Shown: positions 1 through 11,363 of the stretch, piece by piece
Position numbering within the stretch: position 1 is the first letter of the stretch
Layout: every line of letters begins with the position of its first letter
NCBI GenBank assembly: GCA_035084275.1
Contig: CM068757.1
Span: 9,858,001 to 9,922,000 of the forward strand
Reading direction: 5' to 3'
Origin: Hydrolagus colliei
Lineage: Eukaryota
DNA: 64,000 nucleotides
Notes under the pieces: model-generated
Told to the model about the DNA's origin: nothing
What the model saw: the letters and a program-made list of their open reading frames with translations, nothing else
Databases searched by the model: none
Translations under genes and position numbers: made by a program

Positions 1-306
1 AAATAAATAAGTGCTTCAGTAATAATTATTAATAATAATAATCCTTGCATTTGATGCAACCTTTGCTTAATTTCTTATTGAAGCACATTACCTGCATTTT
101 TGTAGTGCTTTCTCCAGCTCTGTTATGGGATGTCAACCTGGACTGTGGCTTGAACCAACTATCATCCTTTCTTGGAGGACTAAGCCAGGCTGACACATAA
201 CATCTTGTTAAAGCTCAGAACAGTTTTATTCCTTCTCATTAATTGTGTCATCATGCAGTTGCTGTCAGCGAAACTTACATTGAGCATTGCTTCTGTTTCC
301 TCGCAG

Positions 307-620
307 ATGTATCTCCTATAGTGTCAGAAATCATATGCAAACCTGAACGACCCAAAATTGGTGAAATGTTAACGTTGACTTGCACGATTGATGACTTCTG
401 CCCGGGGGATATTACCATTCTTTGGAGTAGGGGATGGATGGATTTCCACAATGAACAATTTTTACAGGAACCCCGCATTGGTGCAAATGGACTTTACTCT
501 ACGTTTTCGGAGCTGAAAATTAAGATGGAGCCAGATGATGAACCAGAGGAATTTAGTTGTGAAATTCGACATGCAAAAACAAATGATGTTGTGGAGAAGT
601 TTACCAGTCTGTTGGCTTAG
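307..620 (+). CDS. Ig superfamily C1-set domain exon, apparently the last coding exon; NCR3LG1/B7-H6-like by position
   Basis: Acceptor ttctgtttcctcgcAG ends at 306 in phase 1, typical of Ig exons. Translation has C1 hallmarks: LTLTCTIDDFCPGDITILW, NGLYSTFSEL, FSCEIRH. TAG at 618-620. Upstream exons are outside the window. Confidence 0.8.
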
Positions 621-859
621 GTATTTCCTCTTCTTACTCAGGAGGTTTCTGCAAATACAATTGTGCCTGAAGACCTTTTCCTTCAACCGCACTAGCAGTC
701 ACCTTCTCCTCTTCATGGCTTGGCCTCGGACCCCACCACTGTTAAGCCCTCTGAGATGGGTAAGGTGTGTTTTGAGATGGTTTTAATGAAAAATGTAAAT
801 TTGTGTAAAGTTCAGAAGATGTAAATTAATGTAAAGTTCACAAGATGTAAATGGATTTA

Positions 860-1010
860 CAATTATACAGCACAGAAGGAGACCAACCATTCAGCCTTTC
901 CTGTGTGTGACGGCTCTTTTATTTAACAAAAAAGCTATTCAAATCAATCCAACTCCTCCATTCTCTCCGGATAGCTCTGCAAAACTTGTCCTTTCCATAT
1001 AATTATCTGA
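860..1010 (-). mobile_element. CR1-type LINE 3' end fragment
   Basis: Reverse complement of the gaatggcct...ctgtg-type 3' UTR seen in other CR1 tails in this window; boundaries approximate. Confidence 0.5.
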
Positions 1011-1022
1011 AGTCAATATATA

Positions 1023-1943
1023 CCGTAAATCTCCGCGTATAAGGCGCACTTTTTTTCATGTCGGAAGATCTCGAAAGTTGGGGGTGCGCCCTATACGCAG
1101 GTACAAGAAATTTTGAGCCTCAGAAATGAGGAGGGGCGGCCGGCGCGCTGTCAGCCGGGGTTTGGTCAGTGTGTCCAGTGGGGGTTGGGGGGAGCGGGTG
1201 ATGGGGCTTCGGCCTCGACCGCCCGGGCAGCGGCAGCAGCAGCAAACTTCAGTGCTGAGCCTGCTGCCTGCCTTCTGCCAAACCCAGTCTGTCTCCCTCC
1301 CTCCCTCTCCTGCCTCCTTCCCTCTCCTGCCTCCCTCACTGNNNNNNNNNNNNNNNNNNNNNNNNNNNNNNNNNNNNNNNNNNNNNNNNNNNNNNNNNNN
1401 NNNNNNNNNNNNNNNNNNNNNNNNNNNNNNNNNNNNNNNNNNNNNNNNNNNNNNNNNNNNNNNNNNNNNNNNNNNNNNNNNNNNNNNNNNNNNNNNNNNN
1501 NNNNNNNNCTCTCTCTCTCTCCCTGCCTGCCTGCCTCCCTCCCTCCCTGCCTGCCTCCCTCTCTCCCTCTCTCCCTGCCTGCCTGCCTCCCTCTCTCCCT
1601 GCTTGCCTGCCTCCCGCTCTCCCTCCCTCCCTACCTGCCTCCCTCCCTCCCTCCCTCCCTGTCTGCCTGCCTCCCTCTCTCCCTCCGTGCCTGCCTGCCT
1701 CCCTCTCTCCCTCCGTGCCTGCTTGCCTGCCTCCCTCTCTCCCTCCGTGCCTGCCTGCCTGCCTCCCTCTCTCCCTCCGTGCCTGCCTGCCTCCCTCTCT
1801 CCCTACCTACCTGTCTCTCCTGCCTCCCTCCCTTCTGCCGGCAATATTATCGAAAATGCTTCCGTTTTTTTTCACCAAGAAAAGATCAAAAGTGGGGGGG
1901 TGCGCCTTATACACGAGTGCGCTTTATATGCGGGTATTTACGG
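1023..1943. mobile_element. Non-autonomous Tc1/mariner-superfamily (Tc2/pogo-like) DNA transposon
   Basis: TIRs CCGTAAATCTCCGCGTATAAGGCGCAC and GTGCGCTTTATATGCGGGTATTTACGG. TA on both sides (1021-1022, 1944-1945). Subterminal GTGCGCC(C/T)TATAC motifs. Confidence 0.8.
1255..1835. repeat. CCTG/CCCT pyrimidine-rich low-complexity repeat spanning an assembly gap (N at 1342-1508)
   Basis: Directly visible; source of the spurious P/L/S/C-rich ORFs. Confidence 0.95.
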
Positions 1944-2284
1944 TACTTTGTGAAACAGTATTGCTTATATTATTTGAAATGTTTGGGTCATTTATCACAA
2001 CTACGCGATGTATAAGAAGGTTTATATAAAAGTGGAAGGCCTTTTTTTTCAAATAACAAAAAGACATTTCTTTCAAGTAAAAGTCAAAATGCCTTACAGA
2101 TGAGATTATTTAGAAATGAAGTGAATGTTATGCAGGGAAATGGGGCAGCTAATTTGTACCTATCAAAGTCCTAACAACAATGAGATGCGTAGCCAATTCA
2201 TTTGAATGCAGGGCGGTGGGTGGGGACGCGAGTGGGGTGTGTAAATATCATCACAACTCAGATATCAAAAAGTTTTAGAACGCA

Positions 2285-3560
2285 TTGTTACCAACCAACT
2301 ATGCGCACACCTCTCCCTCCACTCCCTTTACGAACCCCTTCAGTCCGGTTTCTGCTCTTCCCACAGTACAGAGACTACACTTGTGAAAGTCACAAACGTT
2401 ATCCTTTCTATCGGTAACCAGGGCTCCCTCCACCTCCTTGTCCTCCTGGACTTTTCTGCCACCTTCGACACAGTTGATCATGACATCCTTCGCTGCCTAT
2501 CTTACATCATCCACCTCAGTGGGACCGCACTTGCCTGGTTCGAGTCCTACTTCACTAACCGCCAGCAGTACATCTCTACTGACGACTTTTCCTATCGCTT
2601 TCGCCTAAGGATCCATCCTTGGTCCCTTTCTCTGCCTTACCTACATGCTCCCTCTTGGTGATGTAATCCGCACTCATGGGGTAAACTTCCACATGTATGT
2701 AGATGACACCCAACTCTACTTTTCCACCTCAATTTGTGACCCCTATCCCCAGATGTTCTGTCAGCATGTCTGTCAGACATCAAGAGCCAGATGAGTGCAA
2801 GCAAGCAAATTTCCTTCAGCTAAACGTTAACAAGACGGAATCCATACTGTTTGGCTCTCGTCGACGTCTTCAGTCCCACAGCTCTCACCTCCTCCACCTA
2901 CCCTACCTGCCCCTAAAACCCTCTGAACCTGTACATACCTTGGCCATGTTTGACCCCCAAATATCCTTCCTCCCACACATCCCTTCAACAGCACCACTTC
3001 CATCTCCGACACATTGCCCATTTCCGCCAATATCTCACCCCAAAAGCTGCCGAAACCTTATTCCATGCCTTTGGAGCTTCTTGACTGGACTATTCCAATG
3101 CCCTTCTTCCTGGTCCCCCGTCCGCCACCATTCATAAAATCCAAGTTATTCAGAATTCCGCCGACTGCATTCTCACTCGTACCAAACTTCGTTCTCCGAT
3201 TATCCCAGTCCCTGCCAGACTTCACTGGCTCCCTGTCTCGGAGTGGATCGATTTCAAGATCCTCCCTCATGTATTCAAATTCCTCCACTCCTCTGCACCC
3301 CACTACCTCTCTGACCTCTTCTCACAATAGTACCCGTTGCCTTCACTCTACTGGGTCTGGCCTCCTTGTCACCCGAATCCTGCGTTCCACCATCGGCGGC
3401 TGTGCCTTCAGCCACTACACCCCGAGTCTCTGAAACTCCCTTCTTTCGCCTCACCCACTCCTTACCTATTTTCAGGTCGTGGCTAAAGACATTTCTTTTC
3501 GACTGCTTTTGGTCACCTTTTTCCCCCTCCCTCTGGCTCGGCGCTGGGATCCATTTTATA
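2285..3560 (+). mobile_element. Degenerate, 5'-truncated L2-clade LINE (ORF2 reverse-transcriptase remnant)
   Basis: Frameshifted motifs [38 protein letters not shown] (2693-2719, YADD-like), NFLQLNVNKTE, LHWLPV, followed by an L2-type 3' region. Confidence 0.9.
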
Positions 3561-3944
3561 TAGGATGATGTTGAACTTTTTGCATCTCCTAGATGTCTCA
3601 AAATGCTTCACAGAATGTACTAAAGTGAATTGACTGTAGATTTGTGGGCAAAATGTTTTATGAAGCGCTCTGACGCTGTCTGCCATAGAGGGCGATATAT
3701 AAATCCAAATTGTTGTTGTTGGCATCTGGGACCTAAATTAATGACTCAATGAAGCGAAGGCGATAGTGATCTAGAAATAATTAAACAAATAAACTTGTAT
3801 TTAACATATAATGTTATATAGCAAATACCTGCCAATGTGTCCCAGCAAAAAATTATACAAAAAGAACAACAACAATAACTTGTATTTGTATCGCACCCTC
3901 CACACCAGGCGGCGTCTCAGAATGCTTAATACAAACAGATTTGA

Positions 3945-4146
3945 TTGGAAGCTCTGGAACTCCCTTCCTCGATCCCTTCACCTCTCCCAATCTCTTCCCA
4001 GTCTAAGGTCTCAGCTAAAGACCTTTCTCTTCGACCGCGCCTTCAGCCACCTTTCTCCCCCTGGCTCGCTGCCAGGATCGTTATTGTGAAGTGCTCTGAG
4101 ACGCCATCAGGCGTGGAGGCCACTATATAAATCGAAGTTGTTGTTA
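3945..4146 (+). mobile_element. L2 LINE 3' end with (TTG)n tail
   Basis: ctctggaactcccttcct...ctaaagacctttctcttcgacc...gtgaagtgctctgagacg...tatataaatcgaagttgttgtt. Homologous tails at about 57140-57520 (+) and 60905-61165 (-). Confidence 0.75.
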
Positions 4147-7100
4147 TGGGATTGGAGAGAGATATTCACAGGATCTGTTGGGATGAAGAAGGCCCTTTGG
4201 CACATCCAATCTTTTCCTTCCACACCACCCAGCCAACCATTCCCCTCCTGGACAGCATCAAACTGTTTTTTAGATGAGTCCAAGGTCTCAACCATGCTTT
4301 TTGCCAACCCTTTCCTGTCATTAATAACAGTGGTCAAGATAGTTTTGCAGATTAAAATCGGTATTGAAATGTAGGGAAGTGTAAAGAATTGAAGAGGAGA
4401 GAGAACAGAATGTGGAAGACAGGAATGTGAGGAGGTTTTGTCCAAAGTGATGGCCAGTTTGTGAATTCAGAAAAAATTAGAAGCTTCAGATCAAATACTC
4501 TCTTGGGATTTGATCTGAAATCCCAAATTTCAGAGATATTCACAAGATATATCATTTTCAATCCACGACTGTTTGTGGGACACAGCTGTGCACAATTGGC
4601 TGCCCATTTCGCCCAAAAACATACAGTCAATTGACTTTACACTATATTCTGTGAAGCGCTTTGAGACGTCGATAAGATGTGAAAAGCGCAACATCAAATG
4701 TAAAGATTATTATCATTCTATATTTTTAATTTTCTGTGCCATTCACATATAGTTCCTTTATCAGCAAATGTTTCTAACCCCACCCACCTGCATGCTTAAG
4801 ATAGTGCTAAATTTCAAGAGGTAGAATGTTATATTCTCAACTGACAGTGAGGAGGTTTCATATTGAATGTTTGTTTACTCTTGGTCTTTGCCAAACTCAC
4901 CTATAACCCACACGTTGAAACTACACAACGGATCAAAAGAAAGCGACTGAATCAATCCAGTACTGAGATATGTTAGGTTATCCCTTATTTAGTATTTTAC
5001 TAAATCATTTTGGAATATAGGTCTTTAGGGATTAAAACTGCAAGCCAAAAAATATCTTCAAGCTGTACAAAATATCAAAAAGCACAATATTGTATATTTG
5101 TAAATATTTAAAATGCTTTTGTATATCTGGGACTACATTGATTTAGGTTAATATGATCTAACATTTGATGAAAAATAATGCTAATTTAATTGCATAATTA
5201 ATATATGCACCAATAATCCTGTGTAAATTGCTTTTGGAATGGGGTTCAAATACTGTTATATTTTTGTAAAATGTTTAATTGTACCTTTCTAAATAAATAT
5301 TTGGATTTCCATGTGTTGCTTGAATTGTTACTAAATTTGTGGAGAAGAACTTTTAATCTTTAAAACCATGAATATTTTCCAAAGGCTGAACGGTCCTGTG
5401 CGAAAGAGAGAACTTTTTATGGCACCTTATTCAGTAAGAATCTCAAAGGGCTTGATAGTTAGTACCTGATGTTGTGCATTTTCATCGATAAATGCAGCAG
5501 CTATTTACACCAGTGAAGTCCCACAATCAGCCCTGAGCAGAAATGAACAAATAATCTGGTCAAAGGGGGAAACTCATTTTATTTAGCTTGTATTAGGGGT
5601 AGCACTCTCAACTCGAGTCAGAAAATTGTGGGTTCAAATGAATTGTGCTTCCGCATTAGCCTACAGATACGTAGTCACGCCATTTCACAGTTACTCCTGT
5701 GAAGTGTTTTGAGATAACTGAGCCAGGAGGGTCTACAGATAACATCACAGCCAGTCTTGCTCATCGACAGGCCTTCGAAGGGTAGACAAGTCGTTGTACA
5801 GACTTTTCCCACTCACCTCTCATTAACCCTACGAGCCAAAGCCCTAAATGTTTAGGTTGATCCAAGCTGGACAAGCAGTATTGCCAGATAGTACTCTCAA
5901 TGGCTAGCTTTACATATGGTTTTAGCTGATTAGGCTTCAGTAGTACCCTGATGGACTTTCTGGAATGACCCTAGCCTTGGTTCTTGCTAAACCTCACCCT
6001 GAACCCTCCACAATTAAGTAAAGAAAATGAATCCCTCCAGGGATAGATTACATATCCCATTCCAATAAATAGCACTATAATTCCCATGTGTAGATGGGAT
6101 GGATGGAACTCTGTTTGGTTGACATCTCATTGATACTGGAGATCTGACTGTACATCAGTTATGTTTGAGGTGTAAACATAGTACAACACCACACTGGATG
6201 CTATAATGTCAAATTCCAGCAGGAGGTTTGAACACGTAACTCCCATTGATCCAGAGATCAATTTTACTAACTAACTTGTGTTATTTGCTGATTGAGATCT
6301 TGGGATATCACTATTCAAATGTAGTTTGTTGATGTTGATAAGGTAAGGCTGTTGTTCTCTAGGTATAAACAACTTGTGAACGCTTGTATTCGCTATAAAC
6401 GTTTATATAAAAAAAGTATTGATATTGCATTAGAAACAGAGTAGGATGCAATTTGCACATTGTGGGATTTCTGTGTGTATCTCATGTTGAACAAGTTGCA
6501 GGTGTCAGTGTTCGATCCACAAACACTTAACAAGCTAGAGCTGTTAGCAATCTGAACCATCTGTGGTTTGTTCTAGGAACAAAGAGGGTCTTGATATGTG
6601 TCTCATGGGGGTGTTTAAAGCTGTGCTATTTTGCAAGGATCTTCGCCACTTTGTGAACCTGATATGTAAGTGTTACCATTTACTGCACTGTTTACACTAC
6701 AATCACAACTTAGGTATCACCCACATATAAATCACATGGAAATTGCGTTTGCCTTGAATTTTGGTTACATTGCGGTTGTGGAGAAATGTATCAAATTATT
6801 TACCAAATGTATTACTCTGTATTTGCTGGTCCTGCTGTGCTTTGGGGGAGAGAGAGAGTGCATGGAAATGGAGCCTTTTTAAAAGATTTGTGACATGTAA
6901 TGGAGGATTAAACTACAGGAGTTGAAATTTGACCCCCTGAAGGGTGTGTTAGATTTTTATTGCTTTAGCTTTCTTTAATGTAGAATCATACTCAGTTCAA
7001 TAGGAGACATACACTATTGTTCCTTCCTGTATGTGTGTGTGTGCATGGCAATATCATGACAAACTCCTACCCGGGAATTTTATTGCTAAACAGTTCGCCA

Positions 7101-7613
7101 ACAACTGCTCTAGCTTTCTCTGCCCACCCCACCATCTTCAGAACCTTTAATCATTTACATTCTGCAATAAAATGCTCCCTTTGGTTCTTGGTTTGTCTTA
7201 ATCCCAGCTATTGAGCACATAGCTGCTGAAACTCTAGAACATGTACCTGAAACTACAGTACTTGGTCAAAGTTGTAATGTAATGGGAGCTAAGTACTGTA
7301 TAAAGGTCAGAGTACAGTACACATTCTTTGGCTTGAATTTTAGTGGATTAAGGTGTTTTTTTGACACTTTGCTAAAAGAACGAAATCGCTGGGTAGTAAC
7401 TTGTCAGCTAATGGAATTTGTCTTCGTTTCGGTTCATCAAACTAAATGGTCTCGTTCCGCATACCCCCGGGAGAAATGTACACTAACTCGTCTCTCGTGA
7501 CTTCCTTCCCCCAATACTGTGTCATGTTTCCTGTGAACCTCGCCCTCATTTGCAACTCAGCCTTGTGATTAGACTTCTCACCGTGAATCAATCGTGTGTG
7601 TGTGTGCATGTTT

Positions 7614-7627
7614 GCGCCATCTGGTGG
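7614..7627 (-). promoter_or_regulatory. Candidate CTCF site
   Basis: GCGCCATCTGGTGG is CCACCAGATGGCGC on the minus strand, matching the CTCF core CCASYAGRKGGCRS; lies in unique sequence. Confidence 0.5.
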
Positions 7628-7649
7628 GTGATAACTTATATTTTTTAAA

Positions 7650-7790
7650 ATAGAGGGATTAGGGGATATGAGGATAAGGCAGGTAATTAGAGTTAAGTCA
7701 GAAGATCAGCCTTGATCTTATCAAATGGTGGGGCAGGCTCGAGGGGCCGAATGGCCTACTCCTGCTTCTAATTCTTATGTTCTTATGCAC
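7650..7790 (+). mobile_element. CR1 LINE 3' end with (TTCTTATG)n tail
   Basis: gggccgaatggcctactcctgcttctaattcttatgttcttatg. Similar CR1 ends at about 9010-9300, 25720-25850, 52640-52780 (+) and 19860-20150, 32660-33000, 41310-41520, 62880-63190 (-). Confidence 0.75.
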
Positions 7791-7845
7791 TTAGGCACTG
7801 CAGGAACATGTAGTTTAATAATACCGATGCTGCATAATGTGGAGC

Positions 7846-8180
7846 TCCTATGGCTCAGTGGTTAGAGCACTTGTCTTGCAAGCTGAGGAAACCAAGCTGG
7901 GGAGACCTGTGTTCGAATCCAGGCAGGTCAGGGTGAAACCTTGGGCAAGTTTCCTTACTCCACATGCCTAATAATAATCCCTCCAAAAAAAACACAATAA
8001 TAAAATTGGTCATTTCCATCCATGACTGTGTGTGGGACACTGCTGTGCGCAATTGGCTGCCGCGATTCGCCCACAAATATATACAGTCAATTCACTTTAC
8101 AGTATATTCTGTGAAGCGCTTTGGGACATTGGTAAGATGTGGAAAGCGCTATATCAAATGCAAGGATTATTATTATATTA
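7846..8180 (+). mobile_element. Full-length tRNA(Ala)-derived Deu-type SINE (representative of more than 25 copies or fragments)
   Basis: A box TGGCTCAGTGG (7851-7861), B box GTTCGAATCC (7911-7920), Deu-like core tgggacactgctgtgcgcaattggctgccgcg (8033-8064), L2-like tail ending (TTA)n. Other copies at about 9838-10233, 16430-16756, 37745-38050, 55575-55935 (+) and 10660-11050, 24690-25030, 33975-34505, 54760-55040 (-). Confidence 0.9.
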
Positions 8181-11173
8181 TCATAATACTGTAATAATAA
8201 TAACAATCTTTACATTTAATATAGAGCCTTATCACACCTTTGAGATGTCTCGAAAAGTGGTATTCAGGATATACTTTTGCCCAGAAAATATACAGGCAAT
8301 TCACTTTACTGTTTATTCTGGTAACAACAGCCAAATTGCATTTTTATGGTGCCTTTCAAGTTTGGAGGACGTGCCAAGGCGCTGGAAGCACTCAGGTACT
8401 ATATAAATGCTAGTTGTTGTTTTCTGCAAGAGGTGGTAAGGCGCTATATCAAATGCCAGGATTATTATTACTGTAAAAATGGGTAAATGTATTATGGGTG
8501 AAATATGATGTCGCTTAAATTGGATTTGGTTTGATCTGGGTTTAAAGTTGCTGTGTGGTGAAAATTGTGTTTTAACCGACTTAACCTGAAAGTATTTTTT
8601 GCACTTTTCACACCTATATTACCTATGAAGGTGGTATAGCCATGCTCTGTACTGTGTCATTTGTATTGTGACACCTTTTACCAAATGCTACTGGGCAAAA
8701 CAGAATTGTGATAGAAGTATGTGAACTTGAAAGATATTTGAATGGCTTGGAGCCAGACAGAGTGGTTGGCAAGGATGTAAAATATAAGGTTTCTCCCACA
8801 AAACATACAGTCAATTTACTTTATAGTATGTTCTGTGAAGCGCATTGAGACAGCTCAAATACATCATAAAGTGCTATATGAAATGCAAGGACTATTATTA
8901 TTTAGGTTAGAAAGTAGAAAGATGATCCTTCAACTATAGTCATCAACAATAATTTACATATGTTCATAATCCTGGAATATTTATTTTTAAAAAGTTATTA
9001 AAAAGTTATTGAAGAACAGGTCTGTTAGGTTATGGGGAGAGAGCTGGGCAGTGGGATTGAGTTGCTCTTTTCAAAGAGCCATCATAGACTAGATGGGATG
9101 AATGGCCTCGTTTTGTGCCGTATAATTCTATGAAAAGAAACGGGAAGTTAGGGGAAATTGTTTCACACAGCAAGTTGTTCAGATCTGAAATGCATTACCT
9201 GAAAGAATGGTGGAAGCTGATTTGATAATCTCTTTTAAGAGAGAAATAGATAATTATTTGGGGAGAACAAGTTTGCAGGACTATGGGGAGAGCACGGGGG
9301 AAAATGGGATTATTTTTCACTGTGGCCAGACTAATTTAAATTACATTAAGTGTGACAAATGGAAATAAGGGAAGCTGAATTCTTAAAAAGGAAGTAGACT
9401 TTACTGTACATGGATTCCAAATGTACTGTATAAGTTATTCTGTAAATGAACCAGTATTCAATTAAGCAATGGTGTCCAGTGGTAACCATTCACAGGTTAC
9501 CACTGCAAACGTGGTTGTCTAGTAATTTTTTTGCTGTTTGTTCAGTGAGGACCATTTTACTCATTAAACTTCCAGTGTTCATGCATTGTAGACTTTCAGT
9601 GTAAATGGGAGACGACTGCATAAAATACCTGCCCACCCCAAATGGCTGGTCTATCTCTTCTAAATTCACCTGACTAGTCAGCTATTAACCATGCCTTAGA
9701 ATCCTGAGCTCCAGTCTTGTTTAGGAATGGGATTATTAATTATTATTGCCAACACCACTACAATAGATCTATTGCCTGGAAGGGCTCCTGTTTTCCTCCA
9801 CCCCTCTCTGAGTATCTGTATCTATAAGTGAAGTCCTCAGGCATATTGGTTAGAGCACTTGCCTTGCAAATGAGAGGATTGGGGTTCAAATTTTGTACCG
9901 GGCGAAATGCCTAGACAAGGTTCCCAAGGTTAGACATGTTAGACATGTTCTCCGCATGTCTTTGTTTACCTAGGGGTAAGTAGAAACCCAGTAGTTAGTC
10001 GATTGGCAGATTGTTTTTCGGTGAGAAATGATTCCCTTGAAATATTAATAATTTAGTTGATTTAACTAAATTTTCAATCAACGACTGTTTGTGGGACAGT
10101 GCTGTGTGCAATTGGCTGTCAAGTTTTGTCACAAAATATCCAGTCCATCCACTGTACAGAATATACTGAAGCGCTTTGAGACGTCTTGAAGACATGAGAA
10201 GGTGCTATATCAAATGTAAGGATTATTATTATGATTGCAAACGTTGCCGTACAGGTTATGGGGAGCTCCTTAGAGCTGGCAGTGCAGGCTAAGCTTTGAC
10301 ATTAAGTGAAGCTGTTGAATTGGAATGGCAGCAGCAGGTGCCAGTGTTAAATTAGCTCAATTGCGCAGTGTGAGAGATGGTAACTATGGCAGCCTTTTAC
10401 TGCTCACAGCAATAAAATATACTGTAATACATTTTCAGGTGTGTTAAGAGTCTTTTACACAAAACTGGCTGGTGGAAGTTGAGGATGTGTGTAAAATCAT
10501 TAAGGATAGCACTGGATATAGGGCTAAAATCAACAGAAATGGTAAAAAATCGTAGAATTCATCAGTACAGAAAAAGACAATTTCTCGGTATGAGCTATAT
10601 TCAGTCTCACTCCCCTACTTTCCCTATGGATGCATTTACAAAATATTTATCTATTATTATAATAATCCTTGCATTTGATGTAGTTCCTCATGACATCTTT
10701 GAGAAATCTCTAAGTGCGTCACAGAATATAACAACAACAACTTTGATTTATATAGCGCCCTCCACGCCAGACGGCGTCTCAGAGCGCTTTGATGTCAAGC
10801 GCTATAATGTCAAGTGAATTGACTATATTAGGAGGGGTGAAACGTGGCAGCCGATTGTGCGCAGAAGTGTTACACAAACAGTTGTGGATTGAGTGACCAC
10901 ATCATTATTATTAGCCAATCGACTAACAACTGGGTTCCTATTTACTGCTGAGTAAACAGAGGCATGTGGAGTAAGAACACTTGTCTAAGGTTTCATCCTG
11001 CCCAGAAATCAAACCCAGATTCTCTTGCATATGAACCGAGTGCTTCCAATCAATACACTTCACTTTATTCCCTAATCCTGTTCACTAATTCCCTGCACAT
11101 GAAAACCTCAACACTCTTTGATTGGTACAAATTAACCAATGATAACAGTGATTGTTAATAAATAACCTGCAGT

Positions 11174-11179
11174 TTTATT
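11174..11179 (-). terminator. Candidate KCNJ11 polyadenylation signal AATAAA (second candidate at 11064-11069)
   Basis: tttatt on the plus strand, about 190 nt past the stop codon. Confidence 0.4.
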
Positions 11180-11363
11180 TGCTGACAAACAGTTAACTTA
11201 CATTACCTTTTCTGAACAGTGATCTGACATGCAGGAGATATGTTGAATTACGAGAGAGAAGCGACGGTGAGTTTGTGAACCAATTTGCACATACTCATGC
11301 GCTAGCTGTACCTCAGATCGAACGAGTGTAAGACTTCCATGTGGTTTCCATGTGTCCTGGAAG

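Noticed and set aside
642-759. Possible small exon after the Ig stop (ctcAG at 640-641, GTAAGG at 760)
   Set aside because: It would need a 21-nt intron; at most it is an untranslated extension and cannot be resolved without transcripts.
1113-2029. Long P/L/S/C-rich ORFs
   Set aside because: Translations of the CCTG/CCCT repeat across an N gap.
3058-3601. Minus-strand ORFs over the L2 remnant
   Set aside because: Antisense frames of a decayed LINE.
3678-3692. CTCF-like GCCATAGAGGGCG
   Set aside because: Poor 5' match and part of an L2-type tail.
7846-7925. tRNA-Ala-like sequences (also 59280-59345 and others)
   Set aside because: SINE heads: no complete cloverleaf or acceptor stem, and they continue into the SINE body.
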